This document shows, in pieces, positions 24,858-36,085 of a stretch of DNA of 64,000 nt (positions are counted from its first letter, which is position 1; every line of letters starts with the position of its first letter). Position numbers and translations under genes: made by a program. The notes beneath the pieces are model-generated. The model had not been told where the DNA came from. It did no database searches and was given only the letters and a program-made list of their open reading frames with translations. This DNA comes from Chiloscyllium plagiosum. Lineage: Eukaryota. The stretch covers positions 68,554,812 through 68,618,811 of the forward strand of contig NC_057718.1 in NCBI RefSeq assembly GCF_004010195.1, read 5' to 3'.

Positions 24858-27800
24858 TGAAAACAGGAAGTGCTGAGAAACTGGGTAGGTCTGGCTGCAT
24901 CTGTAGAGAGAGAAACAAAGTTAATATTTTGGAGCTCAGTGATTCTTTGTCAGAACTGGGAATGGGTGATATGTATGCAGATGATGGGCAATGGAATTGG
25001 GGAAGGAGTTTTTTTTATTTCATTTCTGAGATGTAGGTGTTACTGGTTGGCCAGCATTTATTGCTTGTCACCCTTGAGAAGGTGGTGGTCAACTGTCTTC
25101 TTGAACTGCTGCAGTCTATCTGCTGTGGCTTCACCCACAATGCCGTTAGGGAAGGAATTCCAGGATTTTGACCTAGTGACAGTGAAGAAATTAGGATGGT
25201 GAGTGGCTTTGAGGGGAAGTTGAAAGTGACAGTGTTTCTAGGTATCTATTACCTTTGTCCTTCTGCAGGTAAGTCATGGGTTTGGAAAATTCTGTCTGAG
25301 GATCTTTGATGAATTTTTACAGTACACACCACTGCCATTGAGCATCGGTGGTGGAGGGAGTGAAAATGTTTGTGATTATGGAGCCATTCAAGCAGTCTGC
25401 TTTATCATGGAGGGTATTAAGCATGATGTTGGTGTTGCACCCATCCAAGCAGTGTTGAGTATTCCATCACACTCCTGACTTGTAGATGATGGACAGGCTT
25501 TGGGGAGTCAGGAGGTGAGTTATTTGCAACAGTATCCTTATTTGTGACTTGCTTTTGTAACCACTGTGCTTAAATAGCAAGTCCAGTTGAGTTTCTGGTC
25601 AATGGTAACCCCCAGGATGTTGATAGTGGGGGATTCAGTAATGGTAACACCATTGAATATCAATGGGAAGTGATTAGATTGTCTCTTCCTGGTAATGGTC
25701 ATTGCCTGGCATTTGTGTGGTGAGAATATTCCTTGTCACTTGTCCGCCTGAGCATGGATCTTGTCCAAATCTTGTATTTAAACATGGATTGCTTCAGTAC
25801 CTGAAGAGTTGTGAATAGTGCTGAACAATGTCTAATTATCAAACATTCTTGCCTAATGATGAAGGGAAGGTCATTGATGAAGCAGCTGAAGATGGTTAAG
25901 CCAAGGATACTACCCTGAGGAACTCCTGCAAAGATGTCCTGGAGCTGAGATGACTGACCCCCATCAACCACAACCATCTTCCTATGTACAGGGTATTATT
26001 CCAACCAGCAGAGAATTTGCCCCTGGCACTTATTGATTCCTGTTTTGCTAAGGCTCATTCATGTCACTCTCAGTCAAATATAGCCTTGATGTCAAGGGCT
26101 GTCACTTTCACCTCATTTCTGGAATTCAGCTTTTTTGTCAATGTTTGAGTAAGGCTGTAATAAATTTAGGAGCTGAGTGTCTTTGGCAGAACCTAAACTG
26201 GGCAACACTGAGTAGGTTCTTGCTGAGCAGGTGCTGTGTGATAGCACTGCTGATGTCACCTTCCACCATTTTACTGATGATCAAAAGTAGTTTCATGGGG
26301 TGGTAGTTAGCTGGGTTAGATTTGTCTGGGTTAGATATGTACTGGATGTACTTGTCCACATTGTCAGGTAGATGCCAATGCGGTAACTGTACAGGAGCAG
26401 TTTGACTAGGAGAGAGGCAAGTTCTAAAGCTCCTCCATTACTGAGGAAGGGAATATTTACGTAGCCTCCTCCTTCAGTGAATTGTTTAATTGTGCACCAC
26501 CAGTCAGAGTACAATGTAGTAGAACTGCAAAGCTTGGATATGATCCATAGGCTGTGGAATTGTTTGGCTCTGTCTATTACTTGATGCTTATACTGTTTGG
26601 CATATAAGTAATTGTCATTTTTAGTAATCGTCACACCTAGTGCTCTCCCAGCATGCCGTCCTGCATTTTCCATTGAACCAGGGTTGATTCCTGGTTTGGT
26701 GGTAGTGGTCAGATGGGGTTTATGCTGGAGAACAATTCTGCTGCTGTTGATGGCACACAGCACCCCATGGATACCCAGTCTTGAGTTGCTAGATCTGTTC
26801 AAAATCTGACCATAGAGCATAGTGATAATGTGACAGAGGTTATTCTCAATGTGAAGGCAGGACTTCGTCTCCATAAGGACCGTTTGGTGGTCACTCCTAG
26901 TGATACTGTCATGGACAAATGCATCTGCATCCGGCAGATTGGTAAGGATGACGTCAAATATATCTTTCCCTCTTGTTAGTTCTCTCACCACCTGCCACAG
27001 ACCCCATGGCAGCCATGTCCTTTAGGACTTGACCTGCACAATCAGTCATGTTGTTGCTGAGCCTTTCGGTGTTAGACATTGAAATTCTGCACCCAGAGTA
27101 GATTTTGGATCCTTGCCATCTTTAATGCTTCTTCCCAAGTGTTGTTCTACATGTAGGAGTACTGATTCATCAGCAGAAGGAGGGGGGTATGTGGTAAGCA
27201 GCAGGAGGTTCCTAACCCGAAGCCAAGAGACTGCACAGGGTCTGGAGTCAATATTGAGGGCTCCAGGGCAACTCCCTCCCAGCTGTACAACACTCTGCTG
27301 CCACTTCTGTTGTGTCTGGCCTGCCAGTGAGATAGGACATATCCAGGGATGATGATAGTGGTGTCTGGGATATTGTCTGTAAGATACGATTCTATAACTA
27401 TGACTATTTCAGGCTGTTGCTTGACTAGTCTGTAAAGCAACTCTCCCAATTTTGGCACTAGCATCCAGGATGTTAGTGAGGAGGACTTTGCAGGTCGACA
27501 GAACTATTTCTGCCGTTGTCTTTTCTAGTGCCTATTGATGCCAGATGATCTGTCCGGTTTCATTTTTTTGAGACTGTGTAATCATTGATATGATTGAATG
27601 GCTTGTTAGGCCATTTCAGAGGGCAGTTGAGAGAGTCAACAACTTTGCTGTGGTTCTGGAGTCACATAAAGGCCAGACCAAATACAGATGGAAGATTTCC
27701 TTCCTGGAGGACATTAGTGAACCAGATGGATTTTCTGACAATAGTTTCATGGTCATCAGTAGATTCTAAGTAGATTCCAGGTATTTTTTATTGAGGTCAA

Positions 27801-28001
27801 ATTCCACCACTTGCTGTGGCAGGGTTTGAAGAAGTGAATAGAGTATATAGAGATGATGCCAAAAAAGGTAGAAGAACAAAAGAAAAGGCAAGAAGTGATG
27901 TTGCTAAGCCAAGACACAAATAAATGCTGCCAGACCTGCTGAACTTTTCCAACATTTTCTGTTTCTATTTCAGATTTCCAGCATCTACAGTTGCTTGTTT
28001 T
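24858..28001. mobile_element. PLE (family 4) with inverted termini, hosting the LINE-B insertion
   Basis: Inverted terminal pieces at about 24860-24960 and 27920-28000; duplicated atcctta at 24851-24857 and 28002-28008. Confidence 0.6.
25015..27830 (-). mobile_element. Near full-length LINE-B with SINE-like 5' leader
   Basis: Single APE-RT frame from ATG near 27563 (KQQPEIVIVIESYL, TRGKDIFDVILTN, SDHQTV, VPQGSILG..FINDLP); leader at 27590-27830. Confidence 0.85.
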
Positions 28002-28244
28002 ATCCTTACAAGATTCTACTTATTCTTCCACCTTCAATGTATCCACTAATACTCTCAGGCTAACCGTCAAAGATTTCAAGTAATCCACTGTTACCTCAAA
28101 AACTCTCAGAGCCATTTTGAAATTCCAACATGGAACTTATTTTACTACAGTCCCGTTTCTATGCTCAGTACCTCCATGTACTAGTTATAAAGATTCATAC
28201 TTGTCTCTTAAATTCAACGAATTTTGATTCCAGATGAGCACCCA
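28002..28244 (-). mobile_element. Gmr1-like gag start and tRNA-Pro-like PBS
   Basis: ATG at 28115 (MALRVFEVTVDYLKSL); TGGGTGCTCATCTGGAAT at 28227-28244 vs canonical TGGGGGCTCGTCCGGGAT (14/18). Confidence 0.65.
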
Positions 28245-28494
28245 CTTTATTTTGGACTCAGCTAATGATAATACTCAACAAGTTAAACCTAGAAGGAGAC
28301 CTGGCTTGATCGACCATAAGTTCTATTTTTTTCTCTTTTTATTTGGCATGGAGGTCAATCACTGAAAAATTCCCAAGAGGCTGTCAACATACTGTAAGAA
28401 AGAAATGTAAATGCTTATTACATAAAGGGGAAGAAAACAGAAACTGTACTGTGCTTTTCAAGAATGATTGGTATGATCTCATTAAAAATATCGC

Positions 28495-29108
28495 AACATC
28501 CTTACCTATTGCACAAGGAAGAACATTCTACTGAATTGGACGTCAGAAAAACCACCAGGTCTTATAGGGTGGCATAGGCTGATGATGGAGCACCTCCCCC
28601 AAGATTACCTCTCAAATATAGTGCACCACAAATGGGACAGTTTTATAGGACATGGCAGCCCTTTTTAAATTATATTAACGTTGACTTGTCCACAATATTA
28701 GTCAGGGTCGTGGTATAGCCATGGGAATCTTTATGGGTGCCCGTGGGGCCCCGGAGGAAGAGACTGGAAGGAAAAGAATATAGGTACTGTTGGGGGTACT
28801 CCCAGAAATGGGAGCCTCAGTGGAGGTGTGATGAGTAAGATAGTATGATAGTATGTTATTTAATTTAAGTTATTTGAATGTAGTTTGAGCTAGTATTTAT
28901 TTAATATGTTTGTAGTTTAGTTTTATCTAAGTAGATGTGTTTGTTTCGGTAGAATAGTGGGTTGTTTATTAACAATGTTACTATGCTATGGCCTTGTTTT
29001 TTGTACTACTTTTTTTTCTGTTTTGATGGTGTTATTCTTTTTCTTTGTATATAAATGTTTTGTAAAAGATTTAAAAAACCTTTTTCAATAAAAATATGTA
29101 TTAAAAAA
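28495..29108 (+). mobile_element. L1-clade 3' end
   Basis: RKNILLNW-like..WHRLMMEHLPQDYL..FYRTWQPFLNY, T-rich UTR, AATAAA and A-rich end. Confidence 0.7.
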
Positions 29109-30164
29109 TTGCAACAAAAGATTCAGCTGTTTTACACAATGATAACCATACAGATACTCAAACCTCAGTGACAGGTCACCCCTATCTCTATGCTACGTCT
29201 CCTTGTCCAACTCGGACAGATGTAATTCATTTTCTTTACAGTAATTCTCTGTGCATTCCCTCAGTGCTATTTTCTTGAATTAATGTGACTTTTAAACAAG
29301 TTGCTAACGCAGTTCATTACTACTACCTGATAAGTTTCCATAAACTCAAGTCTTCAGCAGTCTTGTGTTTTCCTCTTAGACACCTCTACAATCTGAAGAT
29401 GGGACTGCTCACCAAGATGTAGCATCACAAAGGCAAATCAAAGCGCACAAAGGATTCAGAGATAGATACAGCACAAGTGTAATGAATAGTCCAACAATAC
29501 ATGTGATAACATTCAGCAAGAATGAGGACAATTCAAGATAGGTTTACTGTGTATGTGAGTAAAGTTAAGCATCATAACCTGAGGTACAAGCACATACATT
29601 CAAATGGAAATATGATGCCAAAGGGAAAATGGAGACCTGACTCCACAAAGAGCAGGATTGGATACTAAATATTCCTTTTACATCAGGATATAGGAACGAC
29701 AGAGAAGAAAGGAAAGGAAAAGGGAGATAGTGTTGACTAGAGTGAATATTGCAGTTATGGAGAAAAAGAATGTTATTGTGGAATCAATGGCATAATATAT
29801 GATCAGAGTTGGGAATCAAAACAGGTACTATCTCATTCTATCGCCCACCAACAAGATAGAATGATATAGAGCTGCAGACTTACAGAGAAACTAGACAACA
29901 GCATAATCTACGTAGCATTATCTTTCCAATGTAATGAGTAAGGAGGCTGAAATAACTCCACAGAGGCCGGTAACCCATCACCAAATCACATTTTATTTAC
30001 ACATGGAGAATCCTTGACACTGATCCATCCTCTGCAGAGCCAGCTTTCAGAGTGAACAGAGTGACATTTCTGTTCTTTTTTTCTCCTAACAGAAAAGTCT
30101 TTCACTCTCACTGATCCACCTCCCTCAGAACCAGCTCTCAGAGTGAAGAAGTAACAATTCTGCT

Positions 30165-33100
30165 TTTTTGTTTGTTTTTTTTTCCTTTTTCTTTGTGCAT
30201 GCAGGTGTCGGACACAGTGAAAAACAACAAATGTGTGGCTCAGGTTGTGGGGCACAGGTTCCCAGTACAGGACTTTGGGACATTTCTGTTCATTTATTTT
30301 CTTTTTTTTGGTGCTTATATTTTTGCCAGCACTCTTGTGTGTGTGCAGGTGTGAGACACAGTGAAAGACACAAGGTGTACAAATCTTTATTCGATTTCCA
30401 CCACCAGAAAGAAAGAAAATACCTGAATGGCCGGTGACAAGCAGTGCCCTTCTTAGAGGGCAATGCTGTGTGATCAAACAGTGAAGGGGAGGGCAGGGAT
30501 TAAATCAAAATAGAGTTGGACGGGGAAGTAATACACTCCACTCCCTGCGGCGCCCACCTCTCCCTGAACAACTCCAGGGTGTTGGTGGACACCGCATGCT
30601 TCTTCTCCAGACACCCGGGCTCTAGCGTAACTGCGGAACAGGGGCAGGCAGTCGGCCCTAATGACCCCCTCCACGGCCCGCTGCCTGCACATGCTAGTTT
30701 GGCAAGGTCCTGGAGCAGACCCACGAGGAGGTCTTCAGACCTGCCCTCCCTCCTCCGTACCGGGTGCCTGAAGATCAGGAGCGTGGGACTGAAGTGCCAC
30801 CAAAAGCAGAGGAGGAGTTCTTTAAGAAAATCAAAAAGGGAGTGCAAACGCCCACACGCAATATACACGTGGTCCACGGAGTCCACAGCGCCACAGAACA
30901 AGCAGTTGGGCTGGGAGTCCTTGAACCACCCCAGTCTGCGGTTGCAGGGGACTGCTGCGAGCAGCATTTCTGTTCTTTTTTTCTTTTTTTCCTTTTTTTC
31001 TCAGAACATCTGAAACTCCTGCTTTTTTTTTTTTCTCAGAACATCTGAAACTCCTGCTTTTTTTTAGACCCCCAAACTACCGCCTAACTGCAGTAGTGCT
31101 TATTTTTTCCCCAGCACCCATGTTGTATGTGTGCAGGTGTGAGACACAAGGTGTTCGAATCTATATTCAAATTTCCACCACCAGGAAGAAAGGAAACACC
31201 CAAGTGGCCAGTGACAAGCAGTCATCATCAAAGCTTCACATCAAAGGGCAATGCTGTGTGATCAAACAGTGAAGGGGAGGGCAGTGATTAAATAAAAATA
31301 GAATTGGAGGGGGAAATAATGCACTCCACTCCCTGCGGTGCCCACCTCTCCCTGAACAACTGCAGGGTGTTGGTGGAGACCGCATGCTCCTTCTCCAAGG
31401 ACACCCGGGCTCTAACGTAACTGTGGAAGAGGGGCAGGCATTCGGCCCTAACGACCCCCTCCACAGCCCGCTGCCTGGACCTGTTTATGGCCAGTTTGGC
31501 CAGGCCCAGGAGCAGACGCACCAGGGGGTCTTCAGACCTGCCCTCCCTCCTGCGTACCGGGTGCCTGAAGATCAGGAGCGTGGGACTGAAGTGCAACGAA
31601 AGGCAGAGGAGGAGGTTTTTAAGAAAATCAAAAAGGAAGTGCAAACACCCACACCCAAAATACACGTGCTCCACGGACTCCACAGCGCGACAGAACAAGC
31701 AGTTGGGCTGGGTGTCCGTGAACCACGACAATCTGCGATTGCTGGGAACTGCTCCGTGTAGCATTTCTCAGATTAGATTAGATTACTTACAGTGTGGAAA
31801 CCGGTCCTTCGGCCCAACAAGTCCACACCAACCCGCCGACGCGTAATCCACCCAGACCCATTCCCCTACATTTACCCCTTCATCTAACTCTACGGGCAAT
31901 TTAGCATGGCCAATTCACCTAACCTGCTCATTTTTAGACTGTGGGAGGAAACCAGAGCACATGGAGGAAACCCACGCAGACACGGGGATAATGTGCAAAC
32001 TCCATTCAGTCAGTCGCATGAGGCTGGAATTGAACCCGGCACTCTGGCGCTGTGAGGCAGCAGTGCTAACCACTGTGCCACCGTGCCGTCCACTGTTTTT
32101 TTCTTCCTTTTCTTTCATTTTATGTTTTTTTGTCCTTTACCCCCACACTACCGCCTAACTGCGGTAGTGCTTATTTTTACCACAGCACCCATGTTGTGTG
32201 TGTGCAGGTGTGAGACACAGTGAAAGACTTAAGGTGCACGAATCTTTCGTCAATTTCCACCATCAGGAAGAAAGGAAACACCCGAGTGGCCAGTGACAAG
32301 CAGTGCCTTTCACAAAATGCAATGCTGTGTGATCAAACTGCGAAAGGGAGGGCAGGGATTAAATCAAAATAGAGTTGGAGGGAGAAATGATACACTCCAC
32401 TCCCTGCAGCGCCCACCTCTCCCTGAACAACTCCAGGGTGTTGGTTGACACCGCGTGCTCCTTCTCCAAGGACACCCGGGCTCTAACGTAACCGCGGAAA
32501 AAGGGCAGGCAATCGGCCCTAACAACCCCCTCCACAATCCGTTGCCTGGACCTGTTAATGGCCAGTGTGGCCAGGCCCAGGAGCAGACCCACGAGCAGGT
32601 CTTCAGACCTGCCCTCCCTCCTCCGTACCGGGTGCCCGAAGATCAGGAGCGTGGGACTGAAAGTGCAACCAAACGCAGAGGAGGAGGTTTTTAAGAAAAT
32701 CAAAAAGGGAGTGCAAATGCCCACACGCAATATACACATGGTCCACGGATTCCACAGCGCCACAGAACAATTGGGCTTGGGAGTCCGCGAACCACCGCAA
32801 TCTGCGGTTGCAGGGGACCGCTGCGAGCAGCATTTCTGTTCTTTTTTAAAAAAAATTTTTAACCCCCACACTACCGCCTAACTGCGGTAGTGCTTATTCT
32901 TTCCCCAGCACCCATGGTGTGTGTGTGCAGGTGTGGGACTGTTTTAAAAAAATTCTCAAGGTCAAGGACNNNNNNNNNNNNNNNNNNNNNNNNNNNNNNN
33001 NNNNNNNNNNNNNNNNNNNNNNNNNNNNNNNNNNNNNNNNNNNNNNNNNNNNNNNNNNNNNNNNNNNNNNNNNNNNNNNNNNNNNNNNNNNNNNNNNNNN

Positions 33101-34156
33101 NNNNNNNNNNNNNNNNNNNNNNNNNNNNNNNNNNNNNNNNNNNNNNNNNNNNNNNNNNNNNNNNNNNNNNNNNNNNNNNNNNNNNNNNNNNNNNNNNNNN
33201 NNNNNNNNNNNNNNNNNNNNNNNNNNNNNNNNNNNNNNNNNNNNNNNNNNNNNNNNNNNNNNNNNNNNNNNNNNNNNNNNNNNNNNNNNNNNNNNNNNNN
33301 NNNNNNNNNNNNNNNNNNNNNNNNNNNNNNNNNNNNNNNNNNNNNNNNNNNNNNNNNNNNNNNNNNNNNNNNNNNNNNNNNNNNNNNNNNNNNNNNNNNN
33401 NNNNNNNNNNNNNNNNNNNNNNNNNNNNNNNNNNNNNNNNNNNNNNNNNNNNNNNNNNNNNNNNNNNNNGGCCAACTCTCCCTGAACAACTCCAGGGTGG
33501 TGGTAGCATTTCTGTTCTTTTTTTCTTTTTGCCTATTTTTTCCCCTGCACCCAAGTTGTGTGCAGGTGCGAGACACAGTGAGAGACACAAGGTGTATGAA
33601 GCTTTATTCAATTTCCACCACCAGGAAGAAAGGAAACACCCGAGTGGCCAGTGACAAGCAGTGTCCTTCACATTAAAGGGCAATGCTGTGTGATCAAGCA
33701 GTGAAGGGGAGGGCAGGGATTAAATCAAAATGGAGTTGGTGGGGGAAATAATGCACTCCACTTCCTGCAGCGCCCACCTCTCCCTGAACAACTCCAGGGT
33801 GTTGGTAGCATTTCTGTTCTTTTTTTTATATTTTTTTAAATTTAACCCCCACACCACCGTCTAATTGCAGTAGTGCTTATTTTTTCCCCAGCACCCATGT
33901 TATGTGTGTGCAGGTGTGAGACACAGTGAGAGACACAAGGTGTACGAATCTTTATTCAATTTCCACCACCAGGAAGAAAGGAAACACCCGAGTGGCCAGT
34001 GACAAGCAGTGCCCTTCACATCAAAGGGCAATGCTGTGTGATCAAACAGTGAAGGGGAGGGCAGGGATTAAATCAAAATAGAGTTGGAGGGGGAAATAAT
34101 GCACTCCACTTCCTGCGGCGCCCACCTCTCCCTGAACAACTCCAGGGTGTTGGTAG
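30165..34156 (-). mobile_element. Tandem array of Tx1-clade (L1-superfamily) 3' ends
   Basis: Units at about 30165-30280, 30292-30964, 30976-31761, 32095-32830, 32842-gap, gap-33506, 33518-33808 and 33820-34156; most start with a poly-T run; ORFs encode zf-RVT-like CLFCGAVESVDHVYIAC..VRARVSLEKEH..FRERW. Confidence 0.85.
31769..32090 (-). mobile_element. HE1-type SINE, full length
   Basis: tRNA-like head ggcacggtggcacagtggttagcactgctgcc and (taatc)n tail. Confidence 0.9.
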
Positions 34157-34604
34157 CATTTCTGTTCTTATCTGTCAGCCAGGGCTCCCTGATTGGAACA
34201 TCTTCTATGAGGTCCACCTGATTGACCTCGTGACTATCACTATATCCCTTCCTTCCTGAGTCTGAGGACAAAGGTTTTTTTTTGGTGGCTCCACTAGCAC
34301 ATGTTTAGCCTCGGGTCAGGTTCCTCCAACTCTGTGATGTAGGTGGGAGTGTAATATACGGTGGCTTCTCTTTATTGGCCAGAGCATGGATTCTGGAACA
34401 GTCAGAAAGGCTGTCGAGGAGCCAGGCACATTTTGCTCCTGCACTGTTTGCAAGTTTACAGCTTTCATATGGTCCACATGCTTGTTCAGGACTACTGCAC
34501 CCACTGAACTCTATATTTCCCTGGACCTGACCTCGCACCAACCATAACTGTTACCCATGCAGGGCAATTCCTACGGTTCCTACACCAAACTTTGTTCCCT
34601 GACA

Positions 34605-34702
34605 TAAAGCATCATTCTCATTTAGTGCCTGAAATGTCGATTCTCCTGCTCCTTGGATGCTGCCTGACTTGCTGCGCTTTTCCAGCAACACATTATTCAG
34701 CT
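34605..34702 (+). mobile_element. PLE family-1 terminal repeat fragment inside the integrase
   Basis: gcctgaaatgtcgattctcctgctccttggatgctgcc. Confidence 0.75.
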
Positions 34703-35704
34703 AGCGGAGTCTTGTTTCCAGCATTGGCATTGGTCATTGGCAGATCTGGGAAGATTAGATTTAACATGGTGCTGAATCTTCTCCCCATTAGCAACTCTGC
34801 TGGAGCTATCCCTGCAGTTGCATGAGGGGTGGCCCTATAGTCAAATAAGAACTGGGATAGTTAGGTACGTAGTGGAGCTGTAAGTAAGCCTGCCTTCAAA
34901 GTTCGGACTGTCCTTTCTGCCAGACTATTGGACGATGGATGGTATGGAAGTGAACTTTTATACCGAATATCATTCGACTTTAGAGAATATTAAAATTCCT
35001 TGCTTGTAAACAATGACCCGCTTTCTGTGACCAACACTTCCAGGATTCCATGTCTTGCAAAAGATGCGTGCAGTTTTTCTATTACCATCCCCATGTTTGA
35101 TGAATGAACTCAATGCATATCAAGCCACTTTACACGGGCGTCCACAATAACTAAGAACATTGAGCCCATGAAAGGACCCGCATACTAGATGTGTAACCGA
35201 GTCCACGGTTTAGCTGGCCATTCCCATGAATGTCCCTGTTGGCAATCTGGGCACAACCTCACCAACACAGCTATGTCTGCATCCGATCCAGGCATAGCTT
35301 TTCACCAACATCTCCTTTTGTAGACCCCTGGATGACTCTGGTGGAGTTTAGCCATTATCTGGTGGTGATCTTTGCTCAAGACAATCACTCTTGCTCACCA
35401 TAATGACATGCCAGCCTCTACTGTAATACCCTCTCTCTGCGTCCAAAAAGGTTTCTTTTCCAGATGTGACGGCTCTTTGGTTTCCCCCATCACTACCAGC
35501 TTTTTCAGTTTTGCCTGGACTGGATCTTTCTATGTCCAACTTTTGATATTGTCAACTGTGACTGTAAAGTTGTCCAGAAAACTTAAAACCATTATGGACT
35601 CTTCCAGTGGTGATGTATCTGCTAGCGGGAGGCAGCTCAATGCATCTGCATTTGCTATTTGGCTTCCTGGACAGTGTGTCAACTTGTAATCATATACAGT
35701 ATTA

Positions 35705-36085
35705 GAATTAGCTTTATTGTCACATGTAATCATATGATTGCAGTGAAGTCCAGCAGAAGAATAAAACAGAAAAATAAAGAAATAAATTTACTGTCCATCC
35801 ATCCCAGTCTGCGCCAGACCTCACCTCAAGACAACCCTGGGTATCCACCCCTAGGCCACACAGGGGTTTCGCTTCTAGTCCGTGTGCTGGACACTCACCT
35901 CCAGTCCGCATGCCGGGGACTCACCTCTGGTCCGAGTGTTAGGAACTCACCTCCAGTCTGCAAAAGGGCCTTGCCTCTAATCTGCAGGCTGAGGACTTGC
36001 CTCCGGCTCATAACAGGACTGTTATTAGAGATGACCACTGAATTTGGCCTGAGGCCATCAGCGGCGCTGCCTTGTCCTCTTTAAG
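35705..36085 (-). mobile_element. Non-coding insertion in the Gypsy RNase H with a Rex1-like tail
   Basis: Left end tttattgtcacatgta resembles the Rex1-like end near 61105; GC-rich internal repeats. Confidence 0.45.

Larger units (their letters stand above)
29930..34244 (-). mobile_element. Gypsy 3' LTR (about 225 bp) split into 29930-30075 and 34168-34244 by the Tx1 array
   Basis: Termini tgtaatga and tcactata; PPT at 34245-34257; on the minus strand CCAAT at 34192-34196, TATA-like GATAAGAA and AATAAA at 29992-29997. Confidence 0.75.

Noticed and set aside
29400..29925. Possible very old CR1 endonuclease fragment
   Set aside because: Too degenerate to support by eye
30065..34167. Repeat-spacer pattern resembling a CRISPR array
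   Set aside because: The spacers are homologous 100-800 bp LINE ends with poly-A tails in eukaryotic DNA, and there are no cas genes
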